A stretch of DNA of 32,000 bases from Vibrio cholerae ATCC 14035 (GTDB lineage Bacteria; Pseudomonadota; Gammaproteobacteria; Enterobacterales; Vibrionaceae): NCBI RefSeq assembly GCF_000621645.1, contig NZ_JHXR01000003.1:180001-212000 (forward strand), written 5' to 3'. The position numbers and the translations under genes are program-made. Shown in pieces: positions 18,121-27,740 of this stretch. The notes under the pieces were generated by a model, which saw nothing but the letters and a program-made list of their open reading frames with translations, was not told the origin of the DNA and did not search any database. Position 1 is the stretch's first letter; every line of letters begins with the position of its first letter.

Positions 18121-18188
18121 TTTTCATTCACTAAAGTCCAGTTGCGACCACCAAAATGCGCGCTGAGTCATATCCCTTGATTCACTGA

Positions 18189-19103
18189 TTAATCGAGTTG
18201 CAGTAGGGCGCTTTGGCTCGCCCATTGGGGACAAAATTCAATGAACTGCCGTAGCAGTGGGTTTTGGTATTTCTCTTTATGAACCAACATCCAGAAGCGA
18301 CGTTTCATATCGAGCGGGACATTGAGAATCACCACGCGCCCATCTTGTTGAGGCGTTTTCGCGGCTAATCGAGACAAGCAACCTAGCCCTAAACCGGAAG
18401 AGACACTATTGATCAGCGCTTCGGTGGTATTGAGTTCAAACGCTTCAATCCAGTGCTCGATGCGTGGCGCAATCACACGTAAGAAAAACTCGCGCGAGCC
18501 AGAACCTGCTTCACGCAGCACCCAATCACTGTGTTCAAAATCGCTCATGACCAAGCGCTCTTGCTGCGCGAGAGGATGATCGGGCGCACAGATGATACAC
18601 ATCTCATCTTGGCTAAACTGAGTAGAGATGAGCTCGGGATGTAGCGTTTTGCCTTCAATCAGACCGATATCGAGCTCGTAATCGACCAGCTTTTGGCACA
18701 CTTGCGCTGAGTTGGAAATAAACAGGCTTTGTGACGGATGAGGATGCAACTGCCTAAAAGCACTGATCAGATAAGGTGCAACTTGATTACCTATGGTGTC
18801 ACTCGAACCGATGCGCAGTTTGCCGGTAAGCACCTGCTGCTCTGCAAACAAACGGTCGATATCTTTGGCGCGTTGCAGCAGTTCATCGGCCATTGGCAGC
18901 AGTTTTTGCCCTTCTTGATTGAGCACCAAACGGTTGTTGACGCGATCAAACAGTGCGTGACCAAGCTGTTTTTCCAGCTCTGACAGCGCGACACTGACCG
19001 CGGCTTTGGAGAGGCACAGCACTTCTGCGGCGACAGTCAAACTTTTATGTTGAGTGATGGTGGTGAAAACCCGCAATTGTTTGAGCGAAATATGGCTAGC
19101 CAT
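18189..19103 (-). CDS. LysR-family transcriptional regulator
   Basis: N-terminal wHTH (LKQLRVFTTITQHKSLTVAAEVLCLSKAAVSVALSELEKQLGHALFDR) plus a LysR substrate-binding domain. It is divergent from the transporter gene. Confidence 0.85.
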   Translation of the reverse strand: MASHISLKQLRVFTTITQHKSLTVAAEVLCLSKAAVSVALSELEKQLGHALFDRVNNRLVLNQEGQKLLPMADELLQRAKDIDRLFAEQQVLTGKLRIGSSDTIGNQVAPYLISAFRQLHPHPSQSLFISNSAQVCQKLVDYELDIGLIEGKTLHPELISTQFSQDEMCIICAPDHPLAQQERLVMSDFEHSDWVLREAGSGSREFFLRVIAPRIEHWIEAFELNTTEALINSVSSGLGLGCLSRLAAKTPQQDGRVVILNVPLDMKRRFWMLVHKEKYQNPLLRQFIEFCPQWASQSALLQLD

Positions 19104-19213
19104 GGCGACCGTTTAGTTTTATTGAACATGTGTTAGAAATAATTAGATAGTTGAAAACAAAGTGCAAGCGTAAGATGCGTTTATTAACCGATAACCATCA
19201 ATAGAGAGACAGT

Positions 19214-20182
19214 ATGATTCGAGCAGCAAAAGCGAAAGTGATGGGAGCGCCGACCCCAATGGCCGGCCTCGCGCTAGGGATTGCGAGCTTGGGATGGAGT
19301 TGGGAAAACATGATTGCGGCACACGGTGTCGCGCAGTGGGTGGGTGCAGCAATCGCCAGTGTGCTATTGATTGTGCTGGCCTTTAAATTTTTATGGCACG
19401 GTCACTTGTTACGCCAAGATTTGGCGCATCCGGTAGTGGGCAGTGTGGTGCCAACCTTTGCCATGGCAACCATGGTGGTATCGGCGTCGCTGGGGCATTT
19501 TTACCCTGTGGCTGGCGATGCTTTGTGGCTGTTTGCTGTGGGCTTACACATTCTGTTTTTGGTGAGTTTTTTGTATCACCGCGCACAAGCGTTTGAGCTG
19601 CACCACATGGTGCCAAGCTGGTTTGTGCCTCCTGTCGGCATTATTGTCGCTGACGTTTCTTTCTCGGGCCATCCTGCGTTAGCGCCAATTGCCTACGCGT
19701 GTTTAGTGTTTGGCATGCTGGCTTACGCCGTGATGCTGCCTATGATGATCTATCGTTTTATTTTTACACATGAAATTCCAGATGCGGCGAAGCCAACATT
19801 GGCGATCATGGCCGCGCCAGCCAGCCTCTCTCTGGCGGGGTATTTGACCGTAGTGTCCGAGCCTTCACCTGTGATTGTGGCGCTGCTGTTTGGCATTGCG
19901 GTGCTGATGACCGCCATCATCTACTTGGCGTTCACGCGCTTACTGCGTCTGCCTTTTAGTCCCGGCTACGCGGCATTCACCTTCCCGATGGTGATTGGTG
20001 CGACCGCGCTGTTTAAAATGGCGCACTGGATGGAAAATATCGGTGTAGCAGAGCATTACGTAGCACAAGTGCATTGGTTAGCGAGCCTTGAGCTGATCGT
20101 AGCCACGGTGGTGGTGAGCTATGTTGCGATTCGTTATCTGGCCTTTTATCAACCACACAAAGTGTTAGTGGGTTCTCGTTAA
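19214..20182 (+). CDS. TehA/TDT (tellurite-resistance / dicarboxylate transporter, SLAC1-like) family membrane protein
   Basis: 322-aa protein of ~10 TM segments. Its overall pattern resembles TehA-family proteins (N-terminal PTPMAGLALGIASLG, FTFPMVIGA near the C-terminus). The start could also be ATG 19241. Confidence 0.65.
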   Translation: MIRAAKAKVMGAPTPMAGLALGIASLGWSWENMIAAHGVAQWVGAAIASVLLIVLAFKFLWHGHLLRQDLAHPVVGSVVPTFAMATMVVSASLGHFYPVAGDALWLFAVGLHILFLVSFLYHRAQAFELHHMVPSWFVPPVGIIVADVSFSGHPALAPIAYACLVFGMLAYAVMLPMMIYRFIFTHEIPDAAKPTLAIMAAPASLSLAGYLTVVSEPSPVIVALLFGIAVLMTAIIYLAFTRLLRLPFSPGYAAFTFPMVIGATALFKMAHWMENIGVAEHYVAQVHWLASLELIVATVVVSYVAIRYLAFYQPHKVLVGSR

Positions 20183-20184
20183 CC

Positions 20185-20310
20185 ATTCCCTTCCTACTTG
20201 AAGTTGCAGCGGTGTTGGCTACGTTCGTTCACCCCAATCACATAGTTTGTCTATGCTCATGGGGACTCACTCACTTGCCGCCTACCTGCAACTCCAAGTT
20301 GTTTGGGGAT
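20185..20310 (+). repeat. ERIC/IRU-like intergenic repeat, full length (copy D)
   Basis: 126 bp starting 3 nt after the transporter stop. It differs from copy A (12115-12240) at 3 positions. Confidence 0.85.
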
Positions 20311-20402
20311 ATATTGAGATCCTAGCCCGCGCTTTTTTATCCTTCCCGACATGCACTTATGCTACTCTCAGCTCATGATGAGTCGAGCAGCATGAGTGCA
20401 TT

Positions 20403-23400
20403 GTGTTTACGGTCTACCACTCCAACCAAGTTGAAACGCTGAAGATCCTGTTGGTGCATTTAATCAAAAATGAACCGTTGGACGATCCCTTTATTCCTGA
20501 GAGCATTTTGGTGCAAAGCCCCGGCATGTCGCAGTGGCTGAAAATGGCGCTGGCTAGCGAATTAGGGGTTGCCGCGAATCTTGAGTTTCCTCTACCGGCA
20601 ACCTTTATCTGGCAGATGTTTACTCAAGTGTTGCCCGATGTGCCGCAGCGCAGCGCCTTCAATAAAGAAGCCATGAGTTGGCGTTTGATGGAGCTACTGC
20701 CCAAGCTGCTTGACCGAGCCGAATTCCAACCGCTGCAACGCTATTTACAAGACGATGAAGATGATTCTAAGCGCTTCCAATTAGCGGAAAAAATTGCCGA
20801 TATTTTTGATGGTTACTTGGTGTATCGCCCCGACTGGATTTTAAGTTGGGAAGCGGGGGAAGAGGTGGCGGAAATCGCTGACCAACACCCGTGGCAGCCG
20901 ATTTTGTGGCGTGAACTCTACGCTTACACGCATAAGCAAGGGCACTCGATTTATCACCGTGCTAACCTCTATCAGCGTTTTATTGAACAGTTGGCGAGTG
21001 GCGATTTTGATCGCAGCACATGGCCTAAGCGGTTGTTCATCTTCGGTATTTCTGCGCTGCCGCCCCGTTATATTGATGCGCTGCGCGCGATGGGGGAGCA
21101 TATCGACGTGCACCTGATGCTGACCAACCCTTGTCAGCACTATTGGGGCGACATTCGTGACCGTAAATATCTGGCGCGAGTGGCAGCGCAAAAACGCAAG
21201 CTCCTGCACATTAACGGTGAGCAAGTCACTGTTGGCAGTGAAGTCTCGCCGCTCAAAGGCGATGTGGAAAACTATCTGCAAGAGTCGATGCACCTGAGTC
21301 ACGCGGTGGGCAATAGCTTACTGGCCTCGATGGGCAAAATGGGGCGCGATAATCTCTATCTTCTGGCACAAAACGATCAGTCTGAATTAGAGCTGTTTAT
21401 TGAGATTCAACGCGACTCGCTGCTGCATCACATCCAAGCAGATATTTTGCATCTGCAAGAGCATCAAGACGATGCCAAGTTTGCCAGCAGCGGTCATAAA
21501 CCCAGCATTGCCGCGCAGGATGATTCCCTGCAGATTGCCCTATGTCACAGCCCAATTCGTGAAGTGGAAGTGCTGCACGACCGACTGCTGGCCGAGTTTG
21601 AGCGTGACCCTAGCCTGAAACCGCGCGATGTGATTGTGATGGTGCCTGACATTAACGCCTACGCGCCTTACATTCAGGCGGTGTTTGGCAACGCGCCCGG
21701 CGAGCGTTTTATTCCGTTTTCAATTTCCGATCGCAGCGCCGATCAGGAAAGCCCTATCTTAACCGCCTTCTTGCAGTTGTTAGCGCTGCCGCAATCACGC
21801 TGTCTGGCTTCTGAACTGCTTGAGCTACTTGAAACCCCGGCGATTATGGCGCGTTTTGCGATTGACGAAGAAGAGTTTGCCACTGCCAAACGTTGGGTCG
21901 AAGAAGCGGGCATTCGTTGGGGGCTGAATAGCGACACGGGTGCGGAGTTTGAACTGCCCGCCAGTGAACAAAATACGTGGCAGTTTGGCATTGAACGTAT
22001 GTTACTGGGTTACGCCATGCCGGCTGAAGCGGGATTGTATGAACTTGGCGGCCAGTGGCTTGCTCCTTATAACCAAGTCCAAGGTATGAGCGCTGAGTTG
22101 GCGGGTAAGCTCGCACACTTTGTGGAAACGCTCAGCGATCTGCGTAGCCAACTGGCGCAAACCCAAAGCATGGAACAGTGGCGTTATTGGCTCAACGAGC
22201 TGTTGGAGCGCTGTTTTAGTGTCGATCTGCAAGGTGAGCTGGCGCTGAAAACCATCCGCGATAGTTTGGTGAACCTAAAACAGCAGTTGGCCGACGCGGG
22301 CTACCAACAAGCGATTTCACCGGCCATTATTCGCCAAGTGCTGACCAATAAACTCTCCGGAACTCGGATTAGCCAACGCTTTTTAGCGGGACAAGTGAAC
22401 TTCTGTACCCTGATGCCGATGCGTTCGATCCCGTTTCGCCGAGTGTGCCTGCTTGGCATGAATGATGGGGTTTATCCACCCAATGAAATGGTGGAGGGGT
22501 TTGACCTGCGCAATGTGCAGCGCCGAGTCGGCGACCGTTCACGGCGTGAAGAATCACGCTACCTATTTCTCGAAGCCTTGTTGTCAGCCAAAGAACAGCT
22601 TTATATCAGCTATGTCGGCCGCTCGATTCAAGATAACAGCGAGCGCGTGCCTTCAGTGCTGGTCAGCGAGCTTTTGGAATATTGCGAGCAGAACTACTGC
22701 TTGGCAGGCGATGAAAATCTAGAAAGTGATGACTCAGGACGCCGTTTGGTTGAGCACTTAACCACTCAGTATCCTATGGTGCCGTTCAGCCCGCAGGCGT
22801 TTATCGCTGGCAGTTTTGCCCGTGAATGGCTGCCTGCAGCGCGTCGCCAAGGGCAGAGCAGCGCAGATTTTCTCACCCCACTCAGTGATTATCTGCTCGA
22901 AGTGAGTTGGCCGATGGAGCTGGATCTGGTTGAGCTGCAACGTTTTTGGCGTCTGCCGGTGGCGTATTTTTTCAAACGCCGCTTGAAAGTGAGCTTTGAG
23001 CCGCCGCTGGCTGTGCTGGAAGATGATGAGCCGTTTGCTTTGGATGGATTGAGCGCGTATCAGTTGCGTGATGAGTTAGTGGAAAATCTGCTGGCTTGCT
23101 GTGATGGCGCAGAGCGCGACCAAGTGGTGGCGCAGTTTGCTAAGCAGCAACGAGCGCAAGGCAAGTTGCCGGTGGCGGCGTTTGGCGATCTTGAATTGGC
23201 GCAAAGTGCGCAGCAAGCTTTGGCGCTGGCGGAAAAAATTGGCTTTTTGTGTCACCAACCACTGGAAGATGAAGAGATTGATCTACGCTTGCAGCCCTTT
23301 GACGATGGCCGAGAAGTCTTACTACGTGGTTGGCTCGTGAAGCGTTATCAATCTGGCTTGGTGCGCGCACGCAGTGGCGCGATTCGCTCGGAAGATTTAT

Positions 23401-23849
23401 TAGCCGCATGGATTGATCATCTTTGCTTGGCGGTGAGCGGCAAAGCCGTCACGACCCATTTGATTGGTTATGAGCGCAAAGAAGGAGTGCAGCACCAAAT
23501 GCTGCCGCCACTTAATGACGCGCAGCAAGCCAAGGCGCTACTGAGTGAACTGGTGGCGCTGTTTTGCCAAGGCATGAACCAGCCTTTGGCTTATTTCCCG
23601 AAAACGGCGTTGGCTTGCGTTGAGGCGGGATTTTCCCGTGGCAAATGGCAGGAAGATGAAGAGAAGTCCTACAAGAAAATGGCGGACACCTTCAACGATA
23701 GCTTTTACATCAAGGGTGAAGGCGGTAATCGCTACATCGCGCGTATTTGGCCGCAGTGGAGTAATGAACTGGCAAAATCGCTGCGCCAATTGGCCATCAC
23801 AGTGCTGCAAACACCGCGTTTACAAGTGCAAGATGCCAAACAGGTTTAA
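20403..23849 (+). CDS. recC: Exodeoxyribonuclease V gamma subunit
   Basis: Colinear with E. coli RecC from the first residues (M/V-FTVYHSNQ vs MLRVYHSNR; ILVQSPGMSQWL; EFPLPATFIW; LVYRPDW; NPCQHYWGDI). The start is GTG. Confidence 0.95.
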   Translation: MFTVYHSNQVETLKILLVHLIKNEPLDDPFIPESILVQSPGMSQWLKMALASELGVAANLEFPLPATFIWQMFTQVLPDVPQRSAFNKEAMSWRLMELLPKLLDRAEFQPLQRYLQDDEDDSKRFQLAEKIADIFDGYLVYRPDWILSWEAGEEVAEIADQHPWQPILWRELYAYTHKQGHSIYHRANLYQRFIEQLASGDFDRSTWPKRLFIFGISALPPRYIDALRAMGEHIDVHLMLTNPCQHYWGDIRDRKYLARVAAQKRKLLHINGEQVTVGSEVSPLKGDVENYLQESMHLSHAVGNSLLASMGKMGRDNLYLLAQNDQSELELFIEIQRDSLLHHIQADILHLQEHQDDAKFASSGHKPSIAAQDDSLQIALCHSPIREVEVLHDRLLAEFERDPSLKPRDVIVMVPDINAYAPYIQAVFGNAPGERFIPFSISDRSADQESPILTAFLQLLALPQSRCLASELLELLETPAIMARFAIDEEEFATAKRWVEEAGIRWGLNSDTGAEFELPASEQNTWQFGIERMLLGYAMPAEAGLYELGGQWLAPYNQVQGMSAELAGKLAHFVETLSDLRSQLAQTQSMEQWRYWLNELLERCFSVDLQGELALKTIRDSLVNLKQQLADAGYQQAISPAIIRQVLTNKLSGTRISQRFLAGQVNFCTLMPMRSIPFRRVCLLGMNDGVYPPNEMVEGFDLRNVQRRVGDRSRREESRYLFLEALLSAKEQLYISYVGRSIQDNSERVPSVLVSELLEYCEQNYCLAGDENLESDDSGRRLVEHLTTQYPMVPFSPQAFIAGSFAREWLPAARRQGQSSADFLTPLSDYLLEVSWPMELDLVELQRFWRLPVAYFFKRRLKVSFEPPLAVLEDDEPFALDGLSAYQLRDELVENLLACCDGAERDQVVAQFAKQQRAQGKLPVAAFGDLELAQSAQQALALAEKIGFLCHQPLEDEEIDLRLQPFDDGREVLLRGWLVKRYQSGLVRARSGAIRSEDLLAAWIDHLCLAVSGKAVTTHLIGYERKEGVQHQMLPPLNDAQQAKALLSELVALFCQGMNQPLAYFPKTALACVEAGFSRGKWQEDEEKSYKKMADTFNDSFYIKGEGGNRYIARIWPQWSNELAKSLRQLAITVLQTPRLQVQDAKQV

Positions 23850-24113
23850 TCATGAATGACGTGGGAAGTGGGTGGCCGCCAGAAAATCATTATTGGTGTA
23901 GGGCGTTCGCTGTACGGCCACAGGTCAGAGGGACCTAAATTCTTGTGTAACCAATGAATTTGTTAACGTGCGCGCAGTGTAAAGCGCCGCCTTGGCTTGT
24001 GCCGTGAAGTGGATCCCATAAGCCCATACTCAATCACGGTTTTTAGTTTAATGCAGAGAAATATTCGTTTTAGGTCACATCTCTGTCATCGGTAGATAGA
24101 AGGATTAAGGCTG

Positions 24114-27100
24114 ATGAGTGCCGATTCAAATAAGCTCGCTGTTACGCTCGATACGTTGCGTTTTCCTTTGCATGGAGCGCGGCTGATTGAGGCCTCGGCA
24201 GGCACCGGAAAAACCTACACCATTGCCGGACTCTATCTGCGTCTGGTGCTTGGACATGGCTGCGCGGAAACTCGTCACGCGCATCCACTGAGTGTGGATC
24301 AAATTCTGGTGGTGACTTTTACCGAAGCGGCCACTGCAGAGCTGCGTGACCGTATTCGTCGCCGCTTGCACGATGCGCGCCTCGCTTTTGCTCGTGGCGC
24401 GAGTGACGATCCGCTGCTTCGCTCCCTGCTGGCTGAATTTACCGATCACAACTTAGCCGTCTCTTTGTTGCTGAGTGCCGAGCGGCAGATGGATGAAGCA
24501 GCGATTTTCACCATCCACGGTTTTTGCCAACGGATGCTGACGCAAAATGCGTTTGAATCGGGCAGTCGCTTTGAAAATGAATTCGTCACTGATGAAAGTA
24601 GTCTCAAAGCTCAAGTGGTGGCCGATTATTGGCGCAGACAGTTCTACCCTTTGCCCATTGCCCTCGCGAGCGAAGTGCGCCGCTTATGGCCTGCACCCTC
24701 TGCACTGTTGGCTGAGATTGCCGGTTATCTTTCTGGGCCGCCAGTCAAACTGACCACACCTTTGATGGAAGGGGATTTGGCCGCGCTGCAACAAGCGCAG
24801 ATAGCGCGCATTAGCGAGATTAAGCAGCACTGGTTAGCGGAGCGAGAGGAGATTGAGCCCGCAGTAACTGGCTCTGACCTGCACAAAAATAGCCAAAATG
24901 CGCTGCTGCGCCGTTTGCCGATTCTGGATGCTTGGGCGCAAAGTGAAACGCACGATCTGCACGTGCCGTCAGAGCTTGAAGAGTTCACCCAAAGCGGGTT
25001 GCTTGCCAAATCAAAGAAAGGCAATCCGCCACAATTAGCGCTGTTTGAACGAATAGAAGCATTTCTTGCTGAGCCTGTGTCACTCAAAACACCGCTTTTG
25101 GTGCATGCGATTCATCACTGTCGTCACTGGTTGGCGAAAGCCAAATCCACCCATCATTGGCTCTCGTTTGATGACTTACTGACTCAACTCAGCGCTGCGC
25201 TCGATAATGATGAGCAAGGGCTATTGGGCGAGCGGATCCGCTCGCTTTATCCGGTGGCGATGATCGACGAATTCCAAGATACCGACCCGCTGCAGTACAG
25301 CATTTTCAGTCGGCTGTATCTGGACCATCCGCAGTGTGGCTTGTTGATGATCGGCGACCCGAAACAGGCGATTTACGCCTTCCGTGGCGCCGATATTTTC
25401 ACTTACATCAAAGCGCGTAATCAGGTGAGCGCTCACTACACCTTGGGTACGAACTGGCGCTCCAGCGCGGCTATGGTGGCGGCCGTGAATCAAGTGTTTA
25501 GCTCCGCGACTCATCCGTTTATTTACAGTGATGACATTCCCTTTCAGCCCGTGGCGGCAAGCCCTGGTACTGATAAACGCCATTGGTCACTGGAGGGGCA
25601 AGTACAACCAGCCTTGACCTATTGGTGGCCGGAAGATCTCGATAAGCCGCAAAGCAAGACCGATTACTACGCGCAAATGGCTGAGGCGTGTGCGGCGCAA
25701 ATCCAGCACATTTTGACTGCTTCGGCCTCTGGCGCGGCGGCCTTTCACCGTGGCGAGGCGATTGAAGCGGGCGATCTGGCGGTGCTAGTGCGTACCGGTA
25801 ATGAAGCGCGTATGGTGCGTGATGCGCTCAGTCAGCAAGGCATCGCCAGTGTTTACCTTTCCAACCGTGACAGCGTGTTTGCCAGTGATGTGGCGCAAGA
25901 TATTGAACGCTTGCTGCTCGCCGTGTGGCAGCCAGAAGATGAACGCTTGCTCCGTGCGGCCATCGCCTCGAATCTGTTTGCGTTAACCGCCAGCGAGCTG
26001 GATGCGCTGAATAACGATGAAAACGAATGGGAACAGTTAATTGCCGAATTTCGTCAATATCGCCGCTTGTGGAGCGAGCGCGGCGTATTGCCGATGCTGC
26101 GGGCGGTATTAACTCAGCGCCACATCGCCGAGCGTTGGCTGACGGAAAGTGAAGGTGAGCGCTGGCTCACCGATTATCTGCACATCAGCGAACTCTTGCA
26201 GCAAGCGACGCGTGAGATCGATAGCGATCAGGGCTTACTGCGTTTTCTGACTCAGGCGATGGCGGATGCTGCCCAAGGATTGGGGGGCAGTGATGAGCAG
26301 ATCCAGCGTCTCGAATCTGAGCGGCGTCTGGTGCAGATTGTCACCATCCACAAATCAAAAGGGCTTGAGTACCCGCTGGTGTTTTTGCCGTTTGTGATGA
26401 GCTATCGCGAGAGCAGTGAAGGCAAATATTACGATACTGAATCGGCCACTACTTGGGTCGATTTAACCGGCAATGAAGAGGCGTTAGCCAAAGCCGATCA
26501 AGAACGTTTGGCAGAAGATTTACGCTTGCTGTATGTGGCGCTCACTCGCGCAGTGTATGGCTGTTTTATTGGGATTGCGCCGCTGCGCAACGGCAATTCG
26601 AGCCAAGAGCCGACCTCGGCGCATCGCAGTGCGATGGGGTTTCTGCTGCAAGATGGTCAAGAAGGTGGTATCGCGGATCTGCAGCAAGCGCTGCTTAAAC
26701 AGTGTGAAAACTTGCCAGATGTCGTGCAATGCCCGCCACCGAAGCGTTTCGAACAAGCGTATCAGCCACCCCAATTGGACGAGCGAGAGCTGACTGCCCG
26801 TGAGTTAAGCCAAGCGATTGATCGCCGTTGGCGAGTGACCAGTTACTCAGGCTTGGTGATGCAATCAAGTCATGCTCGCCATGATCCTTTGCAAGAGTTG
26901 CCCTTGCTTGAAGTAGGCGGTTTTGATCTTGATAGTGCGCAAGAGCGTGATGGAGCGGCGCTGGAATCTGTCGAGCGTTCGATTTTCAATTTCCCGCGTG
27001 GCGCACGCCCCGGCACTTTCTTGCATTCGCTGTTTGAAGAGGTGGATTTCCAGCAATCGGCACACAGTGAACCCAATACTAAAATCATCCTTGATTTGAT

Positions 27101-27740
27101 GGAAAGTGAGCAGATTGAAAGCGAGTGGCTGCCGGTGTTGCAACACTTGGTTGACACCGTATTGAGCACGCCACTGGATGGTAAAGCGCTGCGCTTACAA
27201 CAAATTATGGCCGCCCAGCGTCTGACCGAGTTGGAGTTTTTATTGCCGATCGAAGTGTTGGATGCGCCAACCCTGAATCGCATCACCCAGCGTCACGATC
27301 CGCTTTCGGCACAGGCGGGCGATCTCGGTTTTCATGCGGTGCAAGGCATGCTCAAAGGCTTTATCGATCTGGTGTTTCAATATCAAGGGCGCTATTACGT
27401 GCTGGACTGGAAATCCAACCATTTAGGTGACGATCCTGCGGCGTATCATCCACAGCGTTTGAGCGGTGCGATGGCCGATCACCGTTACGATCTGCAATAC
27501 CAGATTTACGCGTTAGCGCTGCATCGCTTTTTGCGCAGCCGTTTAGCCCATTACAATTACGAGCAGCATTTCGGCGGCGTGTTTTATCTCTTCTTACGCG
27601 GGATGGATGGCCGCACCGATCAAGGCGTGTTCCATACCAAGCCAAGCTTGGCCTTGTTAGATGAGTTGGATGGATTGATTGCAGGGCGCGAGCTGGCACA
27701 AAGAGCGAGTAAAGCTGGGCAGATGGAGCTTGATTTATGA
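24114..27740 (+). CDS. recB: Exodeoxyribonuclease V beta subunit (helicase-nuclease)
   Basis: LIEASAGTGKTYTIA (Walker A), MIDEFQDTD, TIHKSKGLEYP, and the C-terminal nuclease motif GFIDLVFQYQGRYYVLDWKSN. The N-terminus aligns with E. coli RecB. Confidence 0.95.
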   Translation: MSADSNKLAVTLDTLRFPLHGARLIEASAGTGKTYTIAGLYLRLVLGHGCAETRHAHPLSVDQILVVTFTEAATAELRDRIRRRLHDARLAFARGASDDPLLRSLLAEFTDHNLAVSLLLSAERQMDEAAIFTIHGFCQRMLTQNAFESGSRFENEFVTDESSLKAQVVADYWRRQFYPLPIALASEVRRLWPAPSALLAEIAGYLSGPPVKLTTPLMEGDLAALQQAQIARISEIKQHWLAEREEIEPAVTGSDLHKNSQNALLRRLPILDAWAQSETHDLHVPSELEEFTQSGLLAKSKKGNPPQLALFERIEAFLAEPVSLKTPLLVHAIHHCRHWLAKAKSTHHWLSFDDLLTQLSAALDNDEQGLLGERIRSLYPVAMIDEFQDTDPLQYSIFSRLYLDHPQCGLLMIGDPKQAIYAFRGADIFTYIKARNQVSAHYTLGTNWRSSAAMVAAVNQVFSSATHPFIYSDDIPFQPVAASPGTDKRHWSLEGQVQPALTYWWPEDLDKPQSKTDYYAQMAEACAAQIQHILTASASGAAAFHRGEAIEAGDLAVLVRTGNEARMVRDALSQQGIASVYLSNRDSVFASDVAQDIERLLLAVWQPEDERLLRAAIASNLFALTASELDALNNDENEWEQLIAEFRQYRRLWSERGVLPMLRAVLTQRHIAERWLTESEGERWLTDYLHISELLQQATREIDSDQGLLRFLTQAMADAAQGLGGSDEQIQRLESERRLVQIVTIHKSKGLEYPLVFLPFVMSYRESSEGKYYDTESATTWVDLTGNEEALAKADQERLAEDLRLLYVALTRAVYGCFIGIAPLRNGNSSQEPTSAHRSAMGFLLQDGQEGGIADLQQALLKQCENLPDVVQCPPPKRFEQAYQPPQLDERELTARELSQAIDRRWRVTSYSGLVMQSSHARHDPLQELPLLEVGGFDLDSAQERDGAALESVERSIFNFPRGARPGTFLHSLFEEVDFQQSAHSEPNTKIILDLMESEQIESEWLPVLQHLVDTVLSTPLDGKALRLQQIMAAQRLTELEFLLPIEVLDAPTLNRITQRHDPLSAQAGDLGFHAVQGMLKGFIDLVFQYQGRYYVLDWKSNHLGDDPAAYHPQRLSGAMADHRYDLQYQIYALALHRFLRSRLAHYNYEQHFGGVFYLFLRGMDGRTDQGVFHTKPSLALLDELDGLIAGRELAQRASKAGQMELDL

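Noticed and set aside
19104-19213. LysR T-N11-A binding motif in the LysR / TDT-transporter divergent spacer (e.g. TTATtaaccgATAA)
   Set aside because: Several AT-rich pseudo-palindromes exist, but none has the canonical 13-bp T-N11-A geometry with convincing dyad symmetry. The evidence is too weak to annotate.
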